Source: an uncultured delta proteobacterium
Lineage (GTDB): Bacteria > Desulfobacterota > BSN033 > UBA1163
DNA: 64,000 nt
Reading direction: 5' to 3'
Assembly (NCBI GenBank): GCA_963708295.1
Contig: CAVPSJ010000004.1
Coordinates: forward strand, 288,001-352,000
This document shows positions 30,662-40,715 of this stretch, in pieces (the first letter of the stretch is position 1; the number at the start of each line of letters is the position of its first letter). The position numbers were made by a program, and so were the translations under genes. The notes below the pieces were generated by a model, which had not been told where the DNA came from, ran no database searches, and saw only the letters and a list, made by a program, of their open reading frames with translations.

Positions 30662-30893
30662 CTCCCTCATCCCCCTCCACGGCGGAAACTGTGTCGCAAC
30701 AGGGAGAAGGCAGAGGCGGTCGGGGATGTCGGGCGGCCTGCCGGGAAGCGGCCTGTCAAGGGATAAACGGGACGCTTCCCAAAGATTTAGAGCGGTAACC
30801 TTTAACGTTTGGATTCAGGATCGCCAACCATAGGAAAACATTCGATTTTGAGCCAACGACGGTTTCCCATACCTAAAAGACCCGCATTCTTCT

Positions 30894-31142
30894 ATGTTGA
30901 AAGTCAAGCCTCATTCACAATAACAGAGCCACGCCGGTATGTTTGTTGAGACAGCACCTCCCTTTAAAATCAACCTTCTATTAGCAGACATAGCTTGGGG
31001 TAGCTGCAGTATCTTCTCATATTTTAAAGATGTGGGCTCGGAGTCTAAAGGATACAGACATCATCCTTGTGATGAGCTGTAAGAATGCGGCATCCGATGC
31101 CCACATGAGCGATTTATCGGGTCGGTTCTTGTCCCCCCATCG
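30894..31142 (-). ncRNA. Candidate bridge/seek RNA region of the IS110 element
   Basis: Stem ATGTGGGC..TCGGA/TCCGA..GCCCACAT with internal loop strands matching the flanks; second stem CTTTAAAAT/ATTTTAAAG; strand assumed from the transposase. Confidence 0.65.
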
Positions 31143-32213
31143 TCATTCAATAACACTCGTCACGTATTCCGCCTCATTCTTCAGGACATAACGGATCCGG
31201 TTCAGCAGCTTCCTGGCGATCTTAATGATGGCCTTGGTCTTGCGCATCCTTTTACAATATTCGTTAAATGCCTCCATCATCGCCGGGTCCTTACGGACAG
31301 CAATCCAGGAGGCTTCGATCAACAACCATCTCAGGGACGAATGTTGTCGCCGGGTCATGCCTCCTACGTGTTCTTTCTCGCCACTGCTCCGAGTATCTGG
31401 AATCAATCCCACGTAACTACACAATTGATCAATCGAACGAAAACGGGTGACCTCATACAACTCCGTCAGCACGATCATGGCCGTCAGGGTGCTAATCCCC
31501 GGGATGGTCTTCAGCAACGAAATCCACGAACGGTACTCTTCCGTCCGGGCCAACGCCACCACCGAGCGATTCAGCTTGGCCAGGATCTGGCGCAGGTGGC
31601 CAAGTTCTTCCAAGTGAAGCTTAAGCGCCACGTCCCCGCTGGTTCGCTCCATCCGAACCTTCTCAATCCACTGGATGAATCGTCGCGACCAATGGCCCAT
31701 CTCCCTTTGCTCTGGAATGGCCACCCCATAGAAAAGAAGCATCGATTTAATCTGGTTTTTGCACCGCGCCTGTTTCCGCCCCATGCTCAGCCGAGTCCGG
31801 ATCAGGCTGCGGTCCTCCAATTTCCACCTCGGAGGGGTATAGATCCCTTCGATCTCACCCCCTCGAAGTCCCCTGGCCAATTTGCGACAATCGATCCGAT
31901 CCCGTTTGCTCCTTCGCTCCTTATCTCGGGTCGGTATGTCAGCCGGGTTCGCAACGATATTGTCAATCCCCTTCTCTCTCAGTTGGTCATGGATCCAGAA
32001 ACCACAATAACCCGCTTCATAGACCGAATGGTATTGACCCCCTGGAAAATGACGCTGCAGGTACTGGATCAGCACTTCTGCTTCAGGCGGTTGGCTAAAC
32101 GTCTTGTACTCACCGTGTTGCGTAAAAATGCTCACACTCCAGCTCTTTTTGTGTACGTCCAGACCGAGATAAATCGCTTGACCCGAAAAATTAAGTTTGC
32201 TACGCTTGTTCAT
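31143..32213 (-). CDS. IS110-family transposase/recombinase
   Basis: YLGLDVHKK, VYEAG, KRDRIDC (DEDD RuvC-like), TIPGIS, YVGLIPDTRSSG. Confidence 0.95.
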   Translation of the reverse strand: MNKRSKLNFSGQAIYLGLDVHKKSWSVSIFTQHGEYKTFSQPPEAEVLIQYLQRHFPGGQYHSVYEAGYCGFWIHDQLREKGIDNIVANPADIPTRDKERRSKRDRIDCRKLARGLRGGEIEGIYTPPRWKLEDRSLIRTRLSMGRKQARCKNQIKSMLLFYGVAIPEQREMGHWSRRFIQWIEKVRMERTSGDVALKLHLEELGHLRQILAKLNRSVVALARTEEYRSWISLLKTIPGISTLTAMIVLTELYEVTRFRSIDQLCSYVGLIPDTRSSGEKEHVGGMTRRQHSSLRWLLIEASWIAVRKDPAMMEAFNEYCKRMRKTKAIIKIARKLLNRIRYVLKNEAEYVTSVIE

Positions 32214-32639
32214 GGCAAGTCTCTCCTTTCGGTTGGATTTTGTGGCAACGAAATTATAGCCGAAACTTTGAGACTTGCCTTTCTTTTCTTATGCCTTACC
32301 AAAAGGACAGTGCCCGTTCGGGAGTCATCCACAGCCGGATACAGGGCGGAGAGATTTTAGCCCAGCGCCCCCACGTCGCGCAGGGCGGCCCGAAGGGCAA
32401 AATCTCGAAGCTCCCCCAATATGTCGTTAACGTCCGGCAACGGTTCATCCTCATATCCTTTCAATCATAAGGTCTAAAGCTTTGGAACCCGTTTGCCTCT
32501 CGCCCCAGACGTTCCATTACGACACAACCTCTCTGGGGAGAGGGGAAGGTCGCCGACGCGTCATAGCCGTTTTGGCGACGGCGCGGTGAGGATTGGGGAA
32601 CAGAGTATTTCACCAATTCGAAAAAACATGTTAAGATAA

Positions 32640-33470
32640 TTGGTTATGGATGTTCTCTTTTTCAAAGTGGCTTCCCTTCTTTATCTCTTCGGGACATTGG
32701 CCTATCTGGCCTACATTCTCTTCCTTAAAGGAGTCCTCTCAAAAACGGCAGTTGCCATCGTCTCCTTCGGCTTCGCCTTTCATACCCTGGCCATCCTCGC
32801 GAGGTATGTTGAGGCGGGCTATACTCCTGTCACCAATCTCTACGAGTCTCTCTCCTTCTTTGCATGGATGATCATTGGCCTTCTGTTGATCGCCAATTTG
32901 AAATATAAAGTCAAGGTCCTGGGCTCCCTTCTTACCCCCATTGGTCTTATCCTGATGCTCTTCGCCTTTGCCCTTCCGAAAGAAATTTTGCCCCTGGCTC
33001 CGGTTTTGAAGAGCTTCTGGCATCCTTTCCATGTGATCTTTGCCTTCTTGGGCAATGCCATCTTCACTCTGACCTTCTGCTTCGCAGTGATGTATTTGAT
33101 TCAGGAAAATCAGCTTAAAGCAAAGAAGATGGGGGCAATCGCCAAAAGGCTTCCTTCATTGAGCCTCCTGGACGACCTGAGCTACCTCTCCCTCAAGTTC
33201 GGATTTCCGCTGTTGACCCTGGGGATCATCACAGGGGCCGTCTGGGCGGAATACGCCTGGGGAAGATATTGGAATTGGGATCCCAAAGAAACATGGTCCC
33301 TGATCACGTGGCTTCTCTATGCGGCACTCCTTCATCAGCGACTGACCGTCGGATGGAGGGGACGGAAGGCCGCCATCATGGCTATTGTCGGGTTTCTGGC
33401 AGTCCTCTTTACATTTCTAGGAGTGAACCTCCTTCTCCCGGGACTGCATTCTTACTCCAAATGGCAGTGA
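32640..33470 (+). CDS. ccsA: Cytochrome c biogenesis protein CcsA (system II)
   Basis: GAVWAEYAWGRYWNWDPKETWS (WWD domain), C-terminal GLHSY. Confidence 0.92.
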   Translation: MVMDVLFFKVASLLYLFGTLAYLAYILFLKGVLSKTAVAIVSFGFAFHTLAILARYVEAGYTPVTNLYESLSFFAWMIIGLLLIANLKYKVKVLGSLLTPIGLILMLFAFALPKEILPLAPVLKSFWHPFHVIFAFLGNAIFTLTFCFAVMYLIQENQLKAKKMGAIAKRLPSLSLLDDLSYLSLKFGFPLLTLGIITGAVWAEYAWGRYWNWDPKETWSLITWLLYAALLHQRLTVGWRGRKAAIMAIVGFLAVLFTFLGVNLLLPGLHSYSKWQ

Positions 33471-33502
33471 GGAAAACAGGGCGAGGGTGAGGTTCTTGTT
33501 CT

Positions 33503-34843
33503 ATGGAACTTCTCGTTATTGGACTGAATCATAATACGGCACCCATTGAGATTCGTGAATGTCTGGCCTTCCCGGAAGACAAATTGGGGGAAGCCCTCTC
33601 CGAGGTGCATGCCCTCTCTTCGGTGAAAGAAGACATGATCGTCTCGACATGCAATCGGGTAGAGGTTTATGCCGCCACGCGAGAGACTGAAAAAGCCATT
33701 CACGATTTGAAGGAATTTCTGTGCCGGTACCATGGAATCTCCTTGAAGGAATTCGAAAAAAGCCTGTACATTCATGTTGGGGAAGAAGCCGTAAGGCATA
33801 TTTTTCGAGTCGCCTCTAGCCTGGATTCGATGGTTTTAGGGGAACCCCAAATTTTGGGCCAAATCAAAGATGCTTACGATGTCTCGCAGCAGGCCAATAC
33901 TTCGGGTCTGATTCTCCATCGACTCCTGCATCGGGCCTTTCATGTCGCAAAAAGGGTAAGAACCGAGACGAAAATTGCCATTAGTGCCGTGTCGGTCAGT
34001 TCTGTGGCGGTTGAGTTGGCTGAAAAAATTTTTGGAACCCTTGAAAAAAAGACCGTTTTGCTCATCGGAGCGGGAGAGATGTGTGAACTGGCTGCCCGGC
34101 ACCTCGTCGGGGGAGGGGTGGAGAGGATGTTGGTGACCAACCGCACTTATGAACGGGCCGTGTCATTGGCGAAGGAATTCAGGGGCGAAGCCATCCCCTT
34201 TGAAGACATGACACTGGGGTTGAAGAAAGCCGATATCGTGATCAGCGCGACCAATTCCCCCCATCACCTCATCGGGCATGACCAGATCACCAAGGTGATG
34301 AAGGATCGAAGGCAGAAACCGATCTTCTTCATTGATATCGCTGACCCCCGAGATATCGAACCCAAAGTCGGCGATATGGAGAATGTTTACCTCTACAATA
34401 TCGATGACCTTCAAAAAGTGGCCAACGAAAACATTAAGGATCGTGAAAAAGAGGCCAAAAAGGCGGAGACCCTCGTCCAGGATGAGGTGGTGCAATTCGT
34501 GAACTGGTATCGATCTCTGGATGTCACTCCCACCCTCGTGGCCTTAAGAAAGAAGTTTGAAGAAATCAGAAAGAAGGAGTTGGAGAAGACCTTTTCCCTT
34601 CATCCCAATCTGTCCGACAAAGAGAAGAAATCCTTGGAAGCCCTCACCTCCGCCATTGTCAATAAGATTCTGCACACGCCGACCGCCTTCCTCAAGCAAA
34701 CCGACGAGGGGGCGACCGCAGACCTTTATCTCGACGCCCTCCAGGCTCTTTTTGGACTGCCGGAAAAATCTTTAGAAACAACCTTGGAAAAATTTGGAGA
34801 AAGGGAAGAAAAGGAGGAAGCCAATCTCGAAGATGCCCTCTGA
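33503..34843 (+). CDS. hemA: Glutamyl-tRNA reductase
   Basis: STCNRVE, SLDSMVLGEPQILGQ, GAGEM. Confidence 0.98.
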   Translation: MELLVIGLNHNTAPIEIRECLAFPEDKLGEALSEVHALSSVKEDMIVSTCNRVEVYAATRETEKAIHDLKEFLCRYHGISLKEFEKSLYIHVGEEAVRHIFRVASSLDSMVLGEPQILGQIKDAYDVSQQANTSGLILHRLLHRAFHVAKRVRTETKIAISAVSVSSVAVELAEKIFGTLEKKTVLLIGAGEMCELAARHLVGGGVERMLVTNRTYERAVSLAKEFRGEAIPFEDMTLGLKKADIVISATNSPHHLIGHDQITKVMKDRRQKPIFFIDIADPRDIEPKVGDMENVYLYNIDDLQKVANENIKDREKEAKKAETLVQDEVVQFVNWYRSLDVTPTLVALRKKFEEIRKKELEKTFSLHPNLSDKEKKSLEALTSAIVNKILHTPTAFLKQTDEGATADLYLDALQALFGLPEKSLETTLEKFGEREEKEEANLEDAL

Positions 34844-35780
34844 GCTCAAAATCGGGACCCGCGGAAGCCAACTCGCCCTCTTTCAGGCGAATTGGGTGAA
34901 GGATCGGCTAAGCGAGGCCCATCCCGGCCTTAACGTCACGCTGATCAAAATCAAAACCACCGGGGATAAAATCCAGGATGTCCCCCTGGCGAAGATCGGG
35001 GGGAAAGGTCTCTTCGTCAAAGAGATTGAGGAATCCCTCCTGCAAAAAAGGATCGACCTCGCCGTCCACAGCATCAAGGATGTCCCCACCGAATTTCCCC
35101 GAGGTCTCCATCTTTCTGTGATCACAAAGAGAGAGGACCCTCGAGATGTCTTCATCTCAAAGGATGGGAGGACATTGAAAGAGCTTCCTCAAGGAGCAAA
35201 GATCGGCACGAGCAGCTTGAGGCGGCAGGCGCAATTGCTCCACTTCAGAAGCGACTTGGAGCTGATCCCTCTGAGAGGAAATTTAGATACCCGGCTGAAG
35301 AAGCTAAAAACCATGAACCTCGACGGAATCGTGCTGGCCCTCGCCGGGGTGAGAAGACTCGGCCTTGAAGAGAGGGTTACGGAAATTATTTCCCCGGACA
35401 TTTCTCTCCCGGCGATCGGGCAGGGGGCATTGGGCATTGAGATAAGAATGGATGACAAAGAAGTGGAGGGACAAATCCGATTCCTCAACGATCGAGACTC
35501 TTCGATCGCCGTGACCGCAGAGAGGGCCTTCCTTAAGAAGTTGGAGGGGGGTTGCCAAGTTCCCCTTGCCGCTTATGCTCGACCCGCGGGGAAGATCCTG
35601 CACGTGGATGGTTTAGTGGGATCGATAGACGGGAAGACGCTGATCAGGCATCATGTGGAGGGGCCCACCGAGAATGCGGAATGGCTCGGGGTGAAACTCG
35701 CTGAGATCCTCTTGAGCAAGGGAGCAAAAGAAATCCTGGATGAGGTCTACCAGAGATCAGGCCCTGTCATTTCGATTTGA
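34833..35780 (+). CDS. hemC: Hydroxymethylbilane synthase
   Basis: IGTRGSQLA, GKGLFVKEIE, GTSSLRR, LEGGCQVP. Confidence 0.98.
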   Translation: MPSELKIGTRGSQLALFQANWVKDRLSEAHPGLNVTLIKIKTTGDKIQDVPLAKIGGKGLFVKEIEESLLQKRIDLAVHSIKDVPTEFPRGLHLSVITKREDPRDVFISKDGRTLKELPQGAKIGTSSLRRQAQLLHFRSDLELIPLRGNLDTRLKKLKTMNLDGIVLALAGVRRLGLEERVTEIISPDISLPAIGQGALGIEIRMDDKEVEGQIRFLNDRDSSIAVTAERAFLKKLEGGCQVPLAAYARPAGKILHVDGLVGSIDGKTLIRHHVEGPTENAEWLGVKLAEILLSKGAKEILDEVYQRSGPVISI

Positions 35781-35783
35781 AAA

Positions 35784-36566
35784 ATGAATAGGAAATCCCT
35801 TTCCGGAAAAAGAATTCTGATCACCCGAGCCCTTGGCCAATCGGGGGATTTTGCGACCCGGCTTAAGAAAGGTGGGGCAGAAGTCATCGAGTTTCCCACG
35901 ATTGAGATTGTCCCTCCGCTCCGTTGGGGAGAAGTGGACCGCGCGATTGACCAGCTTAAATCCTACGACTGGATCATTTTTACGAGTGCGAACGGAGTCG
36001 ACTTCTTTTGGCAAAGGATGATGGAACAGGGCAAGAATCTCCGCCTCCCCTCCTCTCTCAAAGTATGTGCCATCGGACCGGCTACGGCCCATCGATTAAA
36101 GAAGAAGAGAGCCTCCGTCCACTATATCCCAAAAGAGTTTATGGCTGAGTCCATCCTTGAAGGATTTGAGAAAATGGCCATCAAGGAAAAAAGAATCCTT
36201 CTGGCTCGGGCAAAGAAGGCACGCGACATTCTTCCAACAGGATTGAAAAAAATGGGCGCAGAGGTGGATGTGGTGGCGGTCTACCGGACGATCAGGCCGA
36301 AGGGGGGATCGAGGAGATTGGAAAAACTCCTGGCCGAAGGAAAGATCGATGTGATCGCTTTCACCTCTTCTTCCACTGTCAATCATTTTGCCGAACTGCT
36401 TAAAAAGGAAGAACTTAAAAAGCCCTTGAGGCGTGTCGCAGTTGCCTGTATCGGACCGATCACTGCAAGGACGGCAAAGGAATGGGGAATGAAAGTCAAG
36501 ATTCAGCCAAGGGAATTTACCATTCCAGGTCTGACCCGAGCGATCGCTGAGTACTACCAAAAATAA
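35784..36566 (+). CDS. hemD: Uroporphyrinogen-III synthase
   Basis: ILITR, IIFTSANGV, AIGPAT, FTSSSTV. Confidence 0.93.
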   Translation: MNRKSLSGKRILITRALGQSGDFATRLKKGGAEVIEFPTIEIVPPLRWGEVDRAIDQLKSYDWIIFTSANGVDFFWQRMMEQGKNLRLPSSLKVCAIGPATAHRLKKKRASVHYIPKEFMAESILEGFEKMAIKEKRILLARAKKARDILPTGLKKMGAEVDVVAVYRTIRPKGGSRRLEKLLAEGKIDVIAFTSSSTVNHFAELLKKEELKKPLRRVAVACIGPITARTAKEWGMKVKIQPREFTIPGLTRAIAEYYQK

Positions 36567-36585
36567 GTCCATCTATCAAGGTCCC

Positions 36586-37236
36586 ATGCCCCAGCCCTTT
36601 ATTGAAGTCATCCTCTACGACCTGGGAAATGTCATTCTCCCGTTCAATCATTATCAGATCGCAGAAAAGCTCTCCAGGTTCTGTCAGAAAAAAGAGCTGG
36701 ATGATCCCCAAAAAATATTTTCTTATCTCTTCGATCTAAAAAAAGGGATGATCAATGACTTTGAGGTTGGCAACGTCTCCCCCCAAGAGTTTTTTCAATC
36801 CATAAAAGAACATCTTGGCCTCTCGATCTCCTTCGATGAGTTCATTCCCATCTGGACCGACATCTTTTCAGAAAATGTTGAGGTCTCTCAAATCATCCTT
36901 GCTCAGAAGGGGAGATGGAGGCTTGGCCTTCTCTCGAATACGGATCAGCTCCACTTCCATTACATCCTTTCAAAATTCTCTATTATGAAAGCTTTTGATA
37001 AATGGATTTTGTCCTATGAGGTAGGATTCAAGAAACCAGCCGTCGAGATCTTCCAAAGGGCCATCGCGTGGGCTTCGGTCGAACCCCAAAAGATTCTCTT
37101 TATCGACGACGTGAAAACACATGTTGACGTTGCCATCTCGCTCGGCATACAGGGGATCCACTTCCTTTCCGCGGAGCAATTGAAGAGGGAATTGTCGCCG
37201 AAACTGTATCCCCGGGAAGAACCTGGGAAGAGTTAG
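36586..37236 (+). CDS. HAD-superfamily phosphatase (YihX-like)
   Basis: YDLGNV, LLSNT, KP, FIDD. Confidence 0.88.
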   Translation: MPQPFIEVILYDLGNVILPFNHYQIAEKLSRFCQKKELDDPQKIFSYLFDLKKGMINDFEVGNVSPQEFFQSIKEHLGLSISFDEFIPIWTDIFSENVEVSQIILAQKGRWRLGLLSNTDQLHFHYILSKFSIMKAFDKWILSYEVGFKKPAVEIFQRAIAWASVEPQKILFIDDVKTHVDVAISLGIQGIHFLSAEQLKRELSPKLYPREEPGKS

Positions 37237-37321
37237 ACCGCCAAAAGCGATCAAACATCGGAACCGCGGCTATGGCTTGGAATGCATCTGTCTTGGAGGG
37301 GTCACGAATTCAGGACGGGTC

Positions 37322-37618
37322 TCATTTCATGTTGATGAAGCGATAGATGGCTTTAGCCATGTCGTCTACTTTCTCCTTCACATCTGCTTCGTCGTGCATG
37401 CTGGGTATCGTGGAGGCACAATCGCGCATGCACCCTTCCATAATGACCATCCCCAGTCTTCGGGCTGCAGAGGAAAGGGCCGAGATCTGAACGAGAATAT
37501 CGGTACAATTGCCGTCCTTCTCCACCATCCCCCGGATCCCACGCGCCTGTCCCTCGATCTTTTTAAGGCGAGAGAGTATCTCCTTTCTCTTTTCTTCTGT
37601 TAAGGATGAGGCCTGCAT
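37322..37618 (-). CDS. CsoR/RcnR-family metal/sulfur-sensing repressor
   Basis: RLKKIEGQARGI..M...CTDILVQISA. Confidence 0.88.
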   Translation of the reverse strand: MQASSLTEEKRKEILSRLKKIEGQARGIRGMVEKDGNCTDILVQISALSSAARRLGMVIMEGCMRDCASTIPSMHDEADVKEKVDDMAKAIYRFINMK

Positions 37619-37753
37619 TTTACTTCCTCCTTTCATGGATGCGATCAGTTATAAACAGGATGGCATCATTCTTACACAATTCTACCCCCCGGATAATCAA
37701 GGCCGGATCGTCCCCGCTCTGTGAAACGAGTAAAGTCTCCTTATATTTCCCAT

Positions 37754-38191
37754 TTATTTGCATACCTCTTTGTACAACGTCTCCGTCATAGAATCGGGGG
37801 CGATAAAATGCCATTCATCGTTATCCATGGGATGGAAAACGTTTCCATTTTTGGAATAAAAGACAATCCGCAGATAGCGCGCGGATCTTTCGACACAGTT
37901 CAGTCCAAGCCCTATGAGACTAAAGTCCAAGTCCTGGAATCCTTTTCCACCCTCTCTCACCCAATGAGAGATGCCTTTCTCTGAATAAGCGGACTGCACC
38001 CAGACCTCGATCAAGTCTTTGGATGACCGGGTCATGCTTTCAGTATCGTAGAAATACGACCCTTCCTCATTTGTGCCATAATACTTCCAATCCACTCCCC
38101 ATCCTTCCGTATGCCCAAAGGCGATCAGTCCGATGATTCCAAGGATGACTCCTCGTCTGCTCCACCCTAATTTCATTTTGGCCCCTTCCAT
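37754..38191 (-). CDS. Secreted protein, surface-adhesin-E-like
   Basis: Signal peptide, DWKYY...YFYD...VWV...LNC...W..I.PDS...VCK. Confidence 0.65.
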   Translation of the reverse strand: MEGAKMKLGWSRRGVILGIIGLIAFGHTEGWGVDWKYYGTNEEGSYFYDTESMTRSSKDLIEVWVQSAYSEKGISHWVREGGKGFQDLDFSLIGLGLNCVERSARYLRIVFYSKNGNVFHPMDNDEWHFIAPDSMTETLYKEVCK

Positions 38192-38196
38192 TCTTT

Positions 38197-38415
38197 TTAG
38201 GCTACCGCTTCTGCGAGCTCGACTGAAACAAGGAATTCTGTATATTGGTCATATCCCTTTAGAAAAATATCAAGTTCCTCCTTGTTAAAAAGGTAAACAT
38301 TCATCACAGGATTTTTTCCAAGGGGGATAACCGTGGTTAACCGATACCTGGAGGAGAGATAGATATCAACCTGACTACTCTCAATGGGTTTGGATTCGAT
38401 CAGCACCCCGATCAC
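38197..38415 (-). CDS. Small hypothetical protein
   Basis: GTG start with SD AAGGAA; adjacent to the downstream gene. Confidence 0.55.
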   Translation of the reverse strand: MIGVLIESKPIESSQVDIYLSSRYRLTTVIPLGKNPVMNVYLFNKEELDIFLKGYDQYTEFLVSVELAEAVA

Positions 38416-38865
38416 TTCCTTTCTTTTTTTGTCTTCCTCTCCACTTTAATTAAAACTTCATCTCGAAAAGAACAAGGGGGGGAGGAGATTTTAAGAGATC
38501 GCATCCTGAAGCCGAGGAGCTTGAATCCCGATCCCGGCGGTATCCCCCTCTTACGGGGATTGTGCCGACCCACTTTACACCTCTGTCGAAAAAGTGGTAA
38601 AAAAATGGAAATTCGTTCCATCCCCCTGTACAAAGACGGCGGAGCAGGAAACTATGGAGCGACTTACTAATCAGTCCACCATTGTACGGACACTGGAGAC
38701 AAAAAACTCCTCAACTCCCTCTACAATGGGGAAGAATTACCCCTCTTTGGCAAAGGGTTCGACTTGCTCACCATCCTGAGCTTGTCGAAGGAGAGGGGCG
38801 AGGGGAGATTTTCAGAAACATATCTTTTCTATTATGGACTCCTTAGTCACTCACGGAGGCAGGAA

Positions 38866-40266
38866 ATGAAATGTAAAAGTACAAGAGGATTCCGGTTTAC
38901 GGGGACACTCCTGCTGGCTTTCGCTTTTACCGCGGGTTGCGCCCACTATCCGGTCAATCCGCCGATGAAAGAGGTTCACCCTGAGGCAGGTTACAGATCC
39001 ACCTCCATGAAAGCTCCCGAAAATTCAGACAGCCTATTTCTGTTTCTCACTTTTTCAGGCGGAGGGATGCGTGCGGCTGCACTTTCCTATGGGGTTCTCG
39101 AAGAATTGCGAAGGGCTGAAATCGTTCTTGAAGGAAGAAAGCGGCGGCTTCTGGATGAGGTGGATGGCATATCGAGTGTCTCCGGAGGAAGTTTCACGGC
39201 AGGGTATTACGGCCTCTTTGGAAAACGCATCTTCGAGGATTTTGAAAGCACGTTCTTGAAGAAGAACATTCAAAGAGTTCTTGTCTTAAAAGCCCTGCTC
39301 AATGTCACCAATTGGGTACGGCTTTTTTCACCGGCCTTCGCCCGGAGTGATCTGGCTGCTGAATACTATGACAAGCGTATTTTCGAAGGAGGCACCTTTG
39401 GCGACTTGGCAGCCCGAAAAGGCCCCTTTATCCTCATCAACGCGACGGATATGACCCATGGGACCAGGATAGCGTTTACTCAAGAGGTCTTTGATGTGAT
39501 TTGTTCAAACCTTTCTCTTTTCCCCGTAGCAAGGGCTGCCGCTGCCTCGTCAGCCGTTCCTATGGCGCTCACTCCCATCACATTGCGGAACTACGCCGGG
39601 ACCTGCGGTCTTAAGACATCGGAGGAATTCGAGAAGATGCCGGAAGGCCGTGATATTTCAGTGCGACAGTTTTATCTGTTCAATGACTTTACTCCATTCT
39701 TGGATTCCAAAAAGAAGGCCTATATTCATCTGGTCGATGGAGGGGTGGGAGATAATTTGGGTTTAAAGGCCCTTCTTGACCGGGTCATCGCCAGGGGAAG
39801 CGTCTGGGGAGCAATCAAAGGGACTCCGATGGAAAAGGTCCGCAAGGTGGTCTTTATCGTGGTGAACGCTGAGACAGAACCCGATCCGAAGTGGGACAGG
39901 ACAGAGAGGGTTCCTACCTTCGGCGTCATGCTTGCCTCTTACTCCTCCATCGCGGTCGACCGGTACAACGAAGAGACCATCGCTCTCTTGAAAGAAAGCG
40001 TCGGTCCCTGGGCGGATGAGATCAGGGATCAGAGATGCAACGGAGAAGTGGTTTCTGCCTCGCCGGGTTCTTGCGGTGATATTCAATTTTACGTCATCGA
40101 AGTGAAGTTTGATGCGTTGAAGGATGAAACGGAGCGAATGCACTTCAAGAGGTTACCCACTGCCTTGAAGCTAGCTCCTGAGGAAGTGGACCGGTCGCGG
40201 GATGCCGCCCGCCGCATCCTTGCGGAATCCGCGGAATTCCAGCGCCTGCTCAATGACCTGAAGTAG
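38866..40266 (+). CDS. Patatin-like phospholipase lipoprotein
   Basis: Lipobox TAGC, SGGGMRAA, SVSGGS, DGG. Confidence 0.88.
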   Translation: MKCKSTRGFRFTGTLLLAFAFTAGCAHYPVNPPMKEVHPEAGYRSTSMKAPENSDSLFLFLTFSGGGMRAAALSYGVLEELRRAEIVLEGRKRRLLDEVDGISSVSGGSFTAGYYGLFGKRIFEDFESTFLKKNIQRVLVLKALLNVTNWVRLFSPAFARSDLAAEYYDKRIFEGGTFGDLAARKGPFILINATDMTHGTRIAFTQEVFDVICSNLSLFPVARAAAASSAVPMALTPITLRNYAGTCGLKTSEEFEKMPEGRDISVRQFYLFNDFTPFLDSKKKAYIHLVDGGVGDNLGLKALLDRVIARGSVWGAIKGTPMEKVRKVVFIVVNAETEPDPKWDRTERVPTFGVMLASYSSIAVDRYNEETIALLKESVGPWADEIRDQRCNGEVVSASPGSCGDIQFYVIEVKFDALKDETERMHFKRLPTALKLAPEEVDRSRDAARRILAESAEFQRLLNDLK

Positions 40267-40660
40267 GAAACCGAGAAGAAGATGGTGTGCACTTTTCAAG
40301 TTTAAATCCTAAAAAACGGTGCACTTTTGAAGTTTAAATGACACACCGGAGACACTCACCTGACAATAATCACCTTTCTGATTCTTGTTGGCCTCTTTTT
40401 CTACATTTTGCTCTTGTTCACCTGACAAAGCCAAACCCTTCGTGAGGAGGGGACAGAAAGCGGCGTGTCTTTGAAGGAGATGGCCGAGCTGCCGCCTATT
40501 TACTCTCATAAATCAAGCGCCTGTAATTGTCAAAAATCGTTCGAATCTCGACAAAAAGTCACTCCTGATGAGTGGTTCTAGGGAATCAACTTTAACCTAT
40601 AATTTGCGCTAAGCATTGAAGATCAAACACTTATGAAATTAATATGTCTAGCATCCGCCT

Positions 40661-40676
40661 GGGCATACTTATTGCT
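40661..40676 (+). promoter_or_regulatory. Sigma54 promoter
   Basis: GGGCATACTTATTGCT, GG-N10-GC. Confidence 0.6.
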
Positions 40677-40715
40677 CTTAAATGGAAGAAACAGGGATTA
40701 AATGGTGACAACCCG

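Larger units (their letters stand above)
30894..32301 (-). mobile_element. IS110-family insertion sequence with long 3' non-coding end
   Basis: Transposase gene; ends inferred because joining 30893 to 32302 recreates TCTAAAGGA found in the element's own non-coding hairpin. Confidence 0.8.

Noticed and set aside
31341-32360. 339-aa plus-strand ORF
   Set aside because: Antisense shadow of the IS110 transposase with no recognisable motifs
38470-38600. c-di-GMP-I (GEMM) riboswitch
   Set aside because: Lacks the conserved GGCAAAC...GGGACGCAAAGC core; kept only as an unassigned hairpin
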